NCBI GenBank assembly: GCA_040954595.2
Contig: CM082578.2
Location: 153,740-217,739 of the forward strand
Direction of reading: 5' to 3'
DNA length: 64,000 nucleotides
DNA from: Balanoglossus misakiensis
Taxonomy: Eukaryota; Animalia; Hemichordata
Part shown: positions 27,101-40,157 of the stretch, piece by piece
Layout: each line of letters begins with the position of its first letter
Numbering within the stretch: position 1 is the stretch's first letter
Program-made: the position numbers and the translations under genes
The notes under the pieces: generated by a model
Told to the model about the DNA's origin: nothing
The model's database searches: none
Seen by the model: only the letters and a program-made list of their open reading frames with translations

Positions 27101-30100
27101 AGAGAACGACACTTCATGCTCCATAATATTTCCGAAAATGAAGAAAAGAGTTAATTTTTTATGATTTGTCAAAAATTTACCATTTTTGTCAAAATATGGC
27201 CAAAATGGCTATTTTTCTTGAATTCCGTCAATATCTCTGCATTTTTGGAGTGGTCGAGAGTTTTAACATACAATCAACATGTCATATATGATCAGGGCAC
27301 CAAATTCGAAGAACAAAGGTTTTTTTATTTTTTTTTCTAAAAATGACATTTTCAAGGAAAATTTGGAAAAACGCAATTTTGTCTGCAGTGAGCCAAATTA
27401 GACGGTCTTTTGTGGAATTTGTATCGATATATACATACGAAGAGCATTCTATACTCCATCAGATTTCCGAAAATGTAGAAAACAGGTATTTTTTGTAACT
27501 TTCCAAAAATTACGATTTTGACCAAATTGTGGCTAAAATTGTTATTTTCTTGATGAATGCCGCCAGTGTCACTGCTTTTAAAAGTCATAAAAACTTTTAA
27601 CATACAAGCAATTGTTTATATATGATCAGGTCACCGAATTAAAAAATAAAGAATGTTTTGACTAAAAATCAGCTCATTCAGAGTGCATTTTTTATAATCA
27701 GCACCATTTTTACATATAATGGAAATTTCATACATCATCAGATATCCAAATATGAAAAAATGATTTAGATTTTAGATGATTGTCGAAAATTAGCTGATAT
27801 CTAATAAATGTAGTATTGAACCGTTCTGTCCCCCCCCCCCTACATTATATGCGGTACGCCGATGTCAGCTTACCCGGCAGTACTGCAGGCCGTGCCCCCA
27901 ACTAACGTCGGTGTTTGAAACGCCCGGGTTTAATTCGGGCTTTCTCAATAAATTGACAGGCAATAATGCAGTCCTACCCGAACAAATGTCGAGTATTGAC
28001 CAGCTGTGACTTTCCCTCTTCGGTTTGCCCGACTTAGCCAACGTCTTTGTACTAGAGTGTCGGGTCTTTTGCAGAGCCAGGCCGAAGGAAATCCGACTTG
28101 ATCACCGTTGCTAACGAACGCTAGTGTCTGTCATGGTGTGCCGGGGTTTTAGTCGAGCCAGGCCGTAGGAGATCTGACTTGATCATCGTGGTCAATGTAC
28201 GCGTGTTTCCGCTCTAAAGTGCCGGGGCTTCAGCTAAACCAGGCCGTAGGAAATCCGACGTAATCACCGTTGATAACTTACGCCAGTCTGTCTCATATAG
28301 AGCCGGTGCACCAGCCGAGTCACGCCGTAGGAAATCTGACTTGATCAACGTGGTCAATGTACGCCTGTTTCTGCTCTAGAGTGCCGGGGCTTCAGCTGAG
28401 CCAGGCCGTAGGAAACCCAACGTGATTACCGTTGTTAACTTACGCCAGTCTGTGTCCTATATATAGTAACGGGGCATCAGCCGTGCCAGGCCGAAGGAAA
28501 TGTGAGTAGATCAACGTGGTCTCTGTAGGCGTGTTTCTGCTCTAGAGTGCCAGGGCTTTAGCCAAGCCATGCCGTAGGAAATCTGACTTGATCAACGTTG
28601 CTAACGAACGCTAGTGTCTGTCATAGTGTGCCGGGGTTTTAGTCGAGCCAAGCCGTAGGAGATCAGACTTGATCAACGTGGTCTCTGTACGCGTGTTTCT
28701 GCTCTAGAGTTGCTAACGTACGCTAGTGTCTGTCATATTGTGACGGAGATTTAGCCGAGCCAGGCCGTAGAAAAATCGACTTGTTCAACGTTACCAGTGT
28801 GCAACTGTTTCTGCTCTAGAGTGTCAGGGTTTTAGCCGACTTATGCTGTAGGAAATCTGAGTTGATGAACGCGAATTCAATGTTAGAAAACCCGTGTGGA
28901 AAGTATCTCTACCCGTTTGAAACTAAGAAAAGAATTTATTCTTATTTATTTTGTAAAAAAGACAATTTTTCGAAAAAAAGTCGAAAAATTGCAATTTTGT
29001 CTTGGGTGATTCAAATTATACCGCCTTTTCTGGAATTTGCAGCACTTTTTACAAGAGAACGACACTTCATGCTCCATAATATTTCCGAAAATGAAGAAAA
29101 GAATTAATTTTTTATGATTTTTCAAAAATTTACCATTTTTGTCAAAATATGGCCAAAATGGCTATTTTTCTTGAATTCCGTCAATATCTCTGCATTTTTG
29201 GAGTGGTCGAGAGTTTTAACATACAATCAACATGTCATATATGATCAGGGCACCAAATTCGAAGAACAAAGGTTTTTTTATTTTTTTTTCTAAAAATGAC
29301 ATTTTCAAGGAAAATTTGGTAAAACGCAATTTTGTCTGCAGTGAGCCAAATTAGACGGTCTTTTGTGGAATTTGTATCGATATATACATACGAAGAGCAT
29401 TCTATACTCCATCAGATTTCCGAAAATGTAGAAAACAGGTATTTTTTGTAACTTTCCAAAAATTACGATTTTGACCAAATTGTGGCTAAAATTGTTATTT
29501 TCTTGATGAATGCCGCCAGTGTCACTGCTTTTAAAAGTCATAAAAACTTTTAACATACAAGCAATTGTTTATATATGATCAGGTCACCGAATTAAAAAAT
29601 AAAGAATGTTTTGACTAAAAATCAGCTCATTCAGAGTGCATTTTTTATAATCAGCACCATTTTTACATATAATGGAAATTTCATACATCATCAGATATCC
29701 AAATATGAAAAAATGATTTAGATTTTAGATGATTGTCGAAAATTAGCTGATATCTAATAAATGTAGTATTGAACCGTTCTGTCCCCCCCCCCCTACACTG
29801 CAAATTCTGCAAAAACAAGCCGGTTTGTACTCAAGCCATTCGGGTTTGCTGACAAGCCACCTCGTCATACTTGCCGAAACTTCGGTATTTCCACAAGCCG
29901 CTAAATTTTCTGGTGTGTGCCAGCAAGCCAGTCAATGTTAGAAAAATGGTTTGTAAATACGCCGCTGGACAACCTGTCTGGAATGGCTTATTATTAAGCC
30001 ATTGAACAAAATCTCTGGTTTGCTCGCAAACTTTAGTGATACTTATGTCTGGCTCGAATTTGTACCATATTTAACCTTGGCTGCATTTTAAGCCGTTGGA

Positions 30101-30529
30101 GTTAGTGGTCGCTTTTCAAACCATAAAAAGATGTAAGTATGGTTTGAAAACACGCCATGGAAAACTTTGCCGGGATGCGGTTCATGCATATACACGCCAC
30201 GCTGGGCACAATGTCTTGCGAAATACCCTGATTTGGCGCGCGAATGCAGGGTCAAAGGTTATTTATTACACAACTACAACGTTTTGACGCGAGAGAAGAC
30301 GGTCCACGGGTGAGGAAGCCGATCGAATCACGTCGTTCGCTTTATAAAATTCGTTCAGCGATTTACAATGCACTCAACCTGTTCCTAAGGTAGAACCGAA
30401 ATACCATATGCGTGGATAATTACTTTGGCACCGAGCATCGTTATGGAAGGATGACATCTAATGACTTAGCAGTTGACCGCCAGCATCTACGAGACCGTAA
30501 CATAGAACAATGCCGGTTGGGGTAAGTCC

Positions 30530-31090
30530 TGCTTCCATTCCATTTTGTGACAGTAACTACATTTTTGCGAGCAGTGAAGATAATACAAAATTAACAGGCC
30601 CGAATCCTGTATATACTGACTTGATCATGTGTTGATGATAGCTAAAAAGCATGTGAGAAGAAGTAATGTCAAAAGTTTGACAGCATAAAGTAGGGAGTGG
30701 GGCCCCAAAGGAATTTCATTATTCTTGCTATTTTCAGCCTCCATCCCCGTTCATTTTTGTTTATGCATTTTTGTGAGCGAAGACGATGCAAAGTATGTCA
30801 CTATTAAAAGGCCTGAATCCTTTATATACTGCATTGATCATGTGTGGATGGTTACAAAAAAGTCTGAGCAAATCAAAAGAATTTTTTTAATGCAGCTTCG
30901 GAGTGGGGCCCTATAGCGCTATAGCCTAGGAATTTCACCATGCTTGCTATTGGCAGCCTACATCCCCATTCATGTTTGTTTATGCACTTTTACTAGTCAA
31001 GATAATTCAAAATATGTAATAATATCTATACTGTATTGATCATTTGTAGATCGAGAGATATTTCAAATATATGAAGCTTCGAGTGGGGCT
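30530..31090. repeat. Degenerate ~210-bp tandem repeat (about 2.7 copies) inside the EnSpm-like element
   Basis: TATACTG..TTGATCAT.TGT, GAGTGGGGC and GGAATTTCA...CTTGCTATT..CAGCCT.CATCCCC each recur 2-3 times at about 180-220 bp spacing. Confidence 0.65.
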
Positions 31091-31810
31091 AGTGGCAGTG
31101 GAAGTCAACATTGGGGGGGGGGGGGGGGTAACCGCAATAAAAATGTTGTTTTGTGTTCCAATACTATATCAATGGATACCCATAATATTTAAATCATTGG
31201 CTGAATAATTTTTTTTGATAAACCATGATCTCGGACCACATGATTATTTAACCCCTGCATGCCTGCGATTTGTAACAATAATGATTCCTACTTTAATTGA
31301 ACCCCAGATATTTGCATAAGAATGAAATAAATGATCTTGGTTTTGCAGGAGTGGTGATACTGGTTATGGGAAGGAGCAGTTGTTATTTTATTGGGCACCA
31401 CAAAAATATGAAAAAGTCAACAAGTAGCATTTATGTTGAAGCATACACGGTATGTATAATTAAGTAGATTTTGTTATTTTTTTAATATCCATTTTTGTCA
31501 TCTAGTCATCTGTTTTCTTTACAGTTTAGTTTGTAGGGACTTCATTATAAAATACCAACCATGTGGTTATAATTTCAGTATTGCATTTGGGAAGAGATTT
31601 TACTATTTATGCCTAAAAACTAATTTTAAAGGAACATGCCTATCTGTATTTATTAATATAGTCCAGCTATCATGTATGTAACATGTATTCAGTTATAGTT
31701 AAAGGAAACAATTCACTAAACTCTAGGTGCGAAATTTCATGCATTGCTCATTGAATCAATTTCATCTTGTTTGTTACATGCTGTGTATCTCATGGTTATG
31801 TTTGTGTTTC

Positions 31811-32905
31811 ATGGTTGCTGCCTATAACATTAGGATGGCACCATATCGTAGTGTTGTATCGGTCAGTCTCATGTTCTCATATGGTTGCTGCCTATAACAG
31901 TAGGATGGCACCATATCGTAGTGTTGTATCCGTCAGTCTCATGTTCTCATATGGTTGCTGCCTATAACAGTAGGATGGCACCATATCGTAGTGTTGTATC
32001 GGTCAGTCTCATGTTCTCATATGGTTGCTGCCTATAACATTAGGATGGCACCATATCGTAGTGTTGTATCGGTCAGTCTCATGTTCTCATATGGTTGCTG
32101 CCTATAACAGTAGGATGGCACCATATCGTAGTGTTGTATCGGCCAGTCTCATGTTCTCATATGGTTGCTGCCTATAACAGTAGGATGGCACCATATCGTA
32201 GTGTTGTATCGGCCAGTCTCATGTTCTCATATGGTTGCTGCCTATAACAGTAGGATGGCACCATATCGTAGTGTTGTATCGGTCAGTCTCATGTTCTCAT
32301 ATGGTTGCTGCCTATAACAGTAGGATGGCACCATATCGTAGTGTTGTATCGGTCAGTCTCATGTTCTCATATGGTTGCTGCCTATAACAGTAGGATGGCA
32401 CCATATCGTAGTGTTGTATCGGTCAGTCTCATGTTCTCATATGGTTGCTGCCTATAACATTAGGATGGCACCATATCGTAGTGTTGTATCGGTCAGTCTC
32501 ATGTTCTCATATGGTTGCTGCCTATAACAGTAGGATGGCACCATATCGTAGTGTTGTATCGGTCAGTCTCATGTTCTCATATGGTTGCTGCCTATAACAG
32601 TAGGATGGCACCATATCGTAGTGTTGTATCGGCCAGTCTCATGTTCTCATATGGTTGCTGCCTATAACAGTAGGATGGCACCATATCGTAGTGTTGTATC
32701 GGTCAGTCTCATGTTCTCATATGGTTGCTGCCTATAACAGTAGGATGGCACCATATCGTAGTGTTGTATCGGTCAGTCTCATGTTCTCATATGGTTGCTG
32801 CCTATAACATTAGGATGGCACCATATCGTAGTGTTGTATCGGTCAGTCTCATGTTCTCATATGGTTGCTGCCTATGACATTAGGATGGCACCATATCGTA
32901 GTGTT
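31811..32905. repeat. 70-bp minisatellite, about 15.6 near-perfect copies, inside the EnSpm-like element
   Basis: ATGGTTGCTGCCTATAACA(G/T)TAGGATGGCACCATATCGTAGTGTTGTATCGG(T/C)CAGTCTCATGTTCTCAT starts at 31811, 31881 and so on up to 32861. Confidence 0.98.
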
Positions 32906-34586
32906 TTGTGGTATGTGTGTCAGTCTCATGGTCATTCCCCATTGATAAATAGAGAGACACTATCTTCTTTTGTTGAGTATGTCTCATACGAGTCATTGTC
33001 ATGTTTTCTTGTGTACATATGTGTTATGTGTTGTTTACATGCTGGAAATTGTTTCTAATATACACTCATGTTAATTTCTAACAAGATTGTTTTCTCTTTT
33101 TGTTTTTCACTATTTGAGAGTGTTTCCCATTGAAAGAAGACGAAATTTCATAGCAAGGAAGAAGATACTCAAGGCTACTGCCATGACTCCAATACTTAAA
33201 TGCATATAAAGGAGGATTTAAAAGTACTTTTCCACACTTAATGGTGACTTTGAAATCTGTATTCATGTCAGTTTTGACAAACAGTAGATTAAAAAAATGA
33301 GGCATTTTTGATGGATTGAAATGATTTTCCCTAACCACTTGAACGGAAAATGAGATAAAAGTTTTATTGTATATATTTTCTATCATTTATGGGGTTAATT
33401 CATTTGATTTACATAATACCATGTATTTACCGTTGTTCCTTTTTTCTTACATTGTCATTACAATAATAATGATTGACCAAAAAAGATCTTTCTCGGTGTG
33501 CTTTTTCGACAGGTTAACATACCATTGACTGTGGAGTACTAAGATGCTGCACATTATGACACATGTTATGCTTCAAGACCAAGTTATTTAAGGGCATAGT
33601 AACTAACTTTGGGCTATTTTTTATGTATTTTTGTTCAGTGTATCGACTCCTTATTTCTGTTCTACTCCATAAAGCATGATTAACTGCCCAGGTTCGGGAT
33701 CTCAACTTTGGCCTTTGCAAATGAGTTCAGGTCTGGACTAAAATTATGTTTTTTGACAATTGCTGATTGTACAATTATGGCAGTGTATAGAATCTAGTAA
33801 ATGGCATTGCATCATGCTTTGGTGAGTTGAACAAGAAACTGCAGTCACTTGAAAGAGCAAAAATGCTAAAAATGGCCCAAATTTATAACTATAGCTTTTA
33901 GGTAAACAGAAGCAAAACATGCAATTCAAATTTTTGGCTTGCTTACAAACTGCATTCTGTGTAAGAATGGTTTGTATACATGCCAAAGCCCAAGCAGAGT
34001 GGCTGATTTTTAAACCACTGCTCAAGCATTCTCAGTTTGTCAGCAAACCAGGAAATGCTAATTTTTTGTTTGCTGGCAAACTGAAGTGATTCATGTTTGG
34101 TTTGCTAGCACACCAGTTTTAAGCAGAAGTTGGCTTTCAGACAAGCCAATGTAAATTTTAAGGGTTTACGTACAACCCCCTTGTATTATTCGACGGTTTG
34201 TTGGCAAGCCATTGTTTTAGAAAGTGGCTTACATGCAAGCCATCATAATATATTCATTGGTTTATATACAAACCCCTTAGATTTGTGATGGTTTGTTGAC
34301 AAACCACTGGATAATGAATCGGTGTGTCTTCAAGCTCATTTGCTAAATAGAATGGCATGCCAGCAAGTCATATTTCATTACTACGGTTAGCCTACACACC
34401 ACTCATTAAACTTGCTGTGGTCTATCAGCAAGCCGGTAAGTTATATAAAACGGCAACTCAGCAAGCTAAATTCAAGCCAAAATCAAGCCAAATTTGAAGA
34501 AACGAAAGAAGCCGATTTGCGACAAACAAGCCGGTTTGAATTTGGCTTGAATTTAGCTTGCAGGAAAGCTAGAAGAATTTGCAGTG

Positions 34587-37365
34587 TACATTATATGCGG
34601 TACGCCGATGTCAGCTTACCCGGCAGTACTGCAGGCCGTGCCCCCAACTAACGTCGGTGTTTGAAACGCCCGGGTTTAATTCGGGCTTTCTCAATAAATT
34701 GACAGGCAATAATGCAGTCCTACCCGAACAAATGTCGAGTATTGACCAGCTGTGACTTTCCCTCTTCGGTTTGCCCGACTTAGCCAACGTCTTTGTACTA
34801 GAGTGTCGGGTCTTTTGCAGAGCCAGGCCGAAGGAAATCCGACTTGATCACCGTTGCTAACGAACGCTAGTGTCTGTCATGGTGTGCCGGGGTTTTAGTC
34901 GAGCCAGGGCGTAGGAGATCTGACTTGATCATCGTGGTCAATGTACGCGTGTTTCCGCTCTAAAGTGCCGGGGCTTCAGCTAAACCAGGCCGTAGGAAAT
35001 CCGACGTAATCACCGTTGATAACTTACGCCAGTCTGTCTCATATAGAGCCGGTGCACCAGCCGAGTCACGCCGTAGGAAATCTGACTTGATCAACGTGGT
35101 CAATGTACGCCTGTTTCTGCTCTAGAGTGCCGGGGCTTCAGCTGAGCCAGGCCGTAGGAAACCCAACGTGATTACCGTTGTTAACTTACGCCAGTCTATG
35201 TCCTATATATAGTAACGGGGCATCAGCCGTGCCAGGCCGAAGGAAATGTGAGTAGATCAACGTGGTCTCTGTAGGCGTGTTTCTGCTCTAGAGTGCCAGG
35301 GCTTTAGCCAAGCCATGCCGTAGGAAATCTGACTTGATCAACGTTGCTAACGAACGCTAGTGTCTGTCATGGTGTGCCGGGGTTTTAGTCGAGCCAGGCC
35401 GTAGGAGATCTGACTTGATCATCGTGGTCAATGTACGCGTGTTTCCGCTCTAAAGTGCCGGGCTTCAGCTAAACCAGGCCGTAGGAAATCTGACTTGATC
35501 ACCGTTGCTAACGTACGCTAGTGTCTGTCATATTGTGACGGAGATTTAGCCGAGCCAGGCCGTAGAAAAATCGACTTGTTCAGCGTTACCAGTGTGCAAC
35601 TGTTTCTGCTCTAGAGTGTCTGGGTTTTAGCCGACTTATGCTGTAGGAAATCTGAGTTGATGAACGGGAATTCAATGTTAGAAAACCCGTGTGGAAAGTA
35701 TCTCTACCCGTTTGAAACTAAGAAAAGAATTTATTCTTATTTATTTTGTAAAAAAGACAATTTTTCGAAAAAAAGTCGAAAATGGTAATTTTGTCTTGGG
35801 TGATTCAAATTATACCACCTTTTCTGGAATTTGCAGCACTTTTTACAAGAGAACGACACTTCATGCTCCATAATATTTCCGAAAATGAAGAAAAGAGTTA
35901 ATTTTTTATGATTTTTTAAAAAATTACCATTTTTGTCAAAATATGGCCAAAATGGCTATTTTTTCTTGAATTCCGTCAATATCTCTGCATTTTTGGAGAG
36001 GTCGAAAGTTTTAACATACAATCAACATGTCATATATGATCAGGGCACCAAATTCGAAGAACAAAGGTTTTTTATTTTTTTCTAAAAATGACATTTTCAA
36101 GGAAAATTTGGTAAAACGCAATTTTGTCTGCAGTGAGCAAAATTAGACTGTATTTTGTGGAATTTGTATCGATATATACATACGAAGAGCATTCTATACT
36201 CCATCAGATTTCCGAAAATGTAGAAAACAGGTATTTTTTGTAATTTTCAAAAATTTACCATTTTGACCAAATTGTGGCTAAAATTGTTATTTTCGTGTTG
36301 AATGCCGCCAGTGTCACTGCTTTTAAAAGTCATAAAAACTTTTAACATACAAGCAATTGTTTATATATGATCAGGTCACCGAATTAAAAAAAAATTGTCT
36401 GCGGTGAGCCAAATTGGCCGTTTTTTGTGGAATTTGTATCGATATATATATACGAAGAGGATTCTATACTCCATCAGATTTCCGAAAATGTAGAAAACAG
36501 GTATTTTTTGTAATTTTCAAAAATTTACCATTTTGACCAAATTGTGGTTAAAATTGTTATTTTCGTGTTGAATGCCGCCAGTGTCACTGCTTTTAAAAGT
36601 CATAAAAACTTTTAACATACAAGCAATTGTTTGTATATGATCAGGTCACCGAATTAAAAAAAATAAAGAATGTTTTGCCTAAAAATGACCTTTTTGGTGC
36701 AAAAACGAATAAAACGCAATTTTGTACTAAATCAGCTCATTCAGAGTGCATTTTTTATAATCAGCACCATCTTTACATATAATAGAAATTTCATACATCA
36801 TCAGATATCCAAATATGAAAAAATGATTTAGATTTTAGATGATTGTCCAAAATTAGCTGATATCTAATAAATGTAGTATTGAACCGTTCTGTTCCCCCCC
36901 CTACATTATATGCGGTACGCCGATGTCAGCTTACCCGGCAGTACTGCAGGCCGTGCCCCCCCCCCCCCCCCCCCAACTAACGTCGGTGTTTGAAACGCCC
37001 TGGTTAAATTCGGGCTTTCTCTATAAATTGACAGGCAATAATGCAGTCCTACCCGAACAAATGTCGAGTGTTGACCCGCTGTGACTTCCCCTCTTCGGTT
37101 TGCCCGACTTAGCCAACGTCTTTGTACTAGAGTGTCGGGTCTTTTGCAGAGCCAGGCCGAAGGAAATCCGACTTGATCACCGTTGCTAACGAACGCTAGT
37201 GTCTGTCATGGTGTGCCGGGGTTTTAGTCGAGCCAGGCCGTAGGAGATCTGACTTGATCATCGTGGTCAATGTACGCGTGTTTCCGCTCTAAAGTGCCGG
37301 GGCTTCAGCTAAACCAGGCCGTAGGAAATCCGACGTAATCACCGTTGATAACTTACGCCAGTCTG
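34587..37365. repeat. Macrosatellite, middle segment between the EnSpm-like element and the LINE
   Basis: The satellite resumes in register after the TA TSD. It includes a 270-bp internal duplication and a second expanded C-run at about 36956-36974. Confidence 0.97.
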
Positions 37366-37575
37366 GATGGAGGGCGCTAGAGTCAGCCATCTACGGAAGC
37401 AGATTTCTAGCACGCTCAGAGTTTTCATCGTTTTTTCACGTGAAATCGGTGAATTTTGTGGCGAAACTGAAGGTATATGCTTTTGGATAGATACTTGCAG
37501 CTAACTCGAGAGCAAAGAAGCATTTTGATTCTCAGAAGAAAGACATTTTGCTAGTTTTCGTTGTCTCGAGCAAGC

Positions 37576-38393
37576 ATGGCCGTCAGAGACAAAGCCAGTT
37601 ATGCGCAGGTGGTGACGACCAAACGCCTGCAAGACAAAGACGGTGAAGTAGGAGTTCTACCCGTCTTTCTGAAGCAGTCGGACATAGTTCCCAGGGACAG
37701 TAATCAATGGCTAAGAGGTGAGGAAATTATAGCAGCCGTTTCAGAAGTTGTCACCATCGGCAGCTTGGAAGGGTTGCAACGGATAAGAGGTCTGTGGCGT
37801 ATTTATATGAATGACGAAGCAGACCGGACAATTTTGTTACAACATGGACTCACACTACGCTGGAAGTCGATAGAGCTGTGGGGGCGAAATCCCTTCCGAA
37901 GAGAGTTTCATGAAGATTGGTTAAGATTAACGATAAAAGATCTACCATTGTCACACGATGATGATGCTATTGCCGCTACACTTACTGGTTTGGGCTGTAA
38001 GCTCAAAACAGATATATCCAGACAGAAATGGAGGTTAGAAGGCAAGTTGACAAACATTCTTAATGGGGATCGAACTGTGTTCATCGAAAAACCAAAGACA
38101 CCATTACCAGCTCAGGTTAAGATCGGTGCATTTTACGCGAAGATTATTTATAAGCAATCCACAGCGGAGACGCAGCCACGATGCGGCAAATGCTTAGAGG
38201 AGGGACATACTGCGTACAATTGCACTGGACAAATCAAATGCAGACTCTGTAAAAGAGAGGGGCATATTGCAAGAAATTGTATGCCTTCTCAGGTACACGA
38301 AGAATTAACGTCTCAGTCCACCAAATACACAATGCAGAAAAGGTCTACGAATCCTGCCGATGCGGTATCGAGACTAGAAAGTGACAGCACACC
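37576..38393 (+). pseudogene. LINE ORF1, 5' part (nucleic-acid-binding protein with two CCHC zinc knuckles), interrupted by a nested transposon
   Basis: First ATG at 37576 gives MAVRDKASYAQVV. Knuckles are CGKCLEEGHTAYNC and CRLCKREGHIARNC. The frame runs on into the nested element and stops at 38535. Confidence 0.9.
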
Positions 38394-40157
38394 CAGACGC
38401 TGTACAAACGCAACGCGCATGCGCGAGTTAACCCGGAAGCGTATGCAGCGTGATTCGAAAAGTTTTCTCTGCTGGAGCCAACTACTTGAGACTTCTGGCC
38501 GTAATCATGAGGAGAAACCAATAGTACAGAAATAGAGTTAAAGGAGTTAGATGAATTGTCGTTTCGGACGCTTTAACTTGGTTAAGTATAAACGAAATGA
38601 GTGTTTACCGAATACATGAGAAGTTGGTCAGATTAGAAGTCGGCCAGTACGCGCGTATGAGAAGTCGGCCAGTACGAGAAGTCGGTCAGTTGTTGAACTT
38701 GCACCCGAATAGTGCAGTAATGACCCAGATTACTAATAACAACACTTAATAAAATATAATTGCACTAAATATTTTCATTTGGACGGATTTCGCACATTCT
38801 TGACATCACAATGGCGTCATTTCAATGATATTATGGCGTCTGGTTCCCCGGTCCCGTATCCGCGTAAAGGAGCTTAGGTTGTTCGCCAAATTCCTTCGAC
38901 ATTTCTGATTAAAGGGAGTTTCAAAGCCTACTAACATACATGTATGTGTATATTCATAGTTTCTGAGACAACACCAAACAGACAAACGCGACGAGGAACA
39001 GACTAGCGCAACGCAGTATATACTATAATTAAGTGCAGGTGACTGATGTTGACGTACCCCGGTGACGTACATGCGAAGTAAACAGGCAGTTTTAAAATTC
39101 GTAGGTTATTTGTACAAATATCTCAACTCCTGTACATCAAGGAAACATTTCGTAATGAAACCTGCATAAAAATTCACCTTCCTACCACTGTAGCAAACAA
39201 TGCATATCTACCATAGACTCGACGGCGCTCACCACTGCATAAATCTTGGTATTGAGACTGTGTACGTGGTGACAAAGCGCATATCATCGCCATCGTCAGG
39301 TTTGGCGTAGTACTGACTGGCTTACTTATGAGTGAATGATTTCAAATTTCTAACTTACAGCAAGTTTGTTTCTAAGGACGCCGTCATGGTAATAGTTCAA
39401 AATTCGCGCCGCGCTATCGTTATGTTAATTAATTACATCAGTAAACGTGCGAATTTCGCGGCAAGACTGACTTCCACATCAAAACACGATCAAAATCATT
39501 CTAGTTCTACGTCCATGGTGTTACAGAAACAACATTTTTTGTTATTTTGTATAGCTATTAGTAATTTAATATTATTAATAGCATTATCTGCTAATTTCAC
39601 GTTCAGGTGGTTGCATCATCGGGGACGATAGCCTTGTGCAGTGTCTTGAATCTCGTCTCGGCAGTAATAACCCAGGGTAATAACCATGCCAAACTTTCGC
39701 TAAATAAGGCATGACCAACTTCGGAAGCTTGGAAACATACTCGGGCAAGCGAAGTTTTTTCCGGGCAAAAGTATGGCTTTGAGTCAATTACTAAGCTTCA
39801 ATTTGGAAAAGTTTTGGAACCAGCAACTTTAATTTGAAACCAGCAACTCCATAAAACTGGGGATACATCACTGAAAAAATGAAGGCTCCAAAACGGAGGG
39901 ACAAATGTGCGTGATTTATTCCTTGCAGAAAATGACTCAAAATAAACTATAAAAATGCATTTAGAATTTTGTTGTTCGTGTATATTAATCCCTGTGAAGT
40001 TTTTACTTTGGAAAGATTGACGGTTGAGTAACCCAAGCACCTCCATTTATGTTGATGCGCTTAGGAATCAAAGTCTCGACCACCCCTCCATTGTTAATCG
40101 ACGAACCATTGTCAAAGAATGCGCACAACTATGCGCAATGCATTTGTACAGCGTCTT
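38394..40157. mobile_element. Non-autonomous TIR DNA transposon with 9-bp TSD (MULE/Mutator-like), 1764 bp, nested in LINE ORF1
   Basis: TSD CAGCACACC at 38385-38393 and 40158-40166. The left TIR CAGACGCTGTACAAACGCAACGCGCAT matches the reverse complement of the right end, AAGACGCTGTACAAATGCATTGCGCAT, at 23/27 positions. No transposase ORF is recognisable. The superfamily is inferred only from TSD length. Confidence 0.85.

Larger units (their letters stand above)
1..29795. repeat. Composite ~2.05-kb tandem macrosatellite, left segment (about 15 units; interrupted only by the L2-type fragment at 18000)
   Basis: The marker TTGATGAACGGGAATTCAATG recurs near 91, 1976, 4023, 6083, 8135, 10266, 12478, 14368, 16087, 18492, 20549, 22760, 24702, 26909 and 28862. 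Each unit has one poly-C tract, and units are near-identical. Confidence 0.98.
29796..34586. mobile_element. Non-autonomous EnSpm/CACTA (CMC)-like DNA transposon, 4791 bp
   Basis: Perfect 13-bp TIR: CACTGCAAATTCT (29796-29808) and AGAATTTGCAGTG (34574-34586). TA is duplicated at 29794-95 and 34587-88, and removal restores the satellite CCCTACATTATATGCGG. Both ends carry dense subterminal CAAGCC/CAAACC-type motifs. No transposase-sized ORF. The superfamily is inferred from the termini. Confidence 0.85.

Noticed and set aside
31811-32905. Regular array that might be taken for CRISPR
   Set aside because: The whole 70-bp unit repeats with no unique spacers, there are no cas genes, and the context is eukaryotic.
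29794-34588. Tc1/mariner assignment because of the TA duplication
   Set aside because: The element starts CACTG rather than CAGT, has a short TIR and has extensive subterminal repeats. This fits animal EnSpm/CMC elements with 2-bp TSDs better.
38806-40046. Short ORFs inside the nested element as a possible transposase
   Set aside because: All are under 100 aa with no recognisable DDE or zinc-finger motifs.
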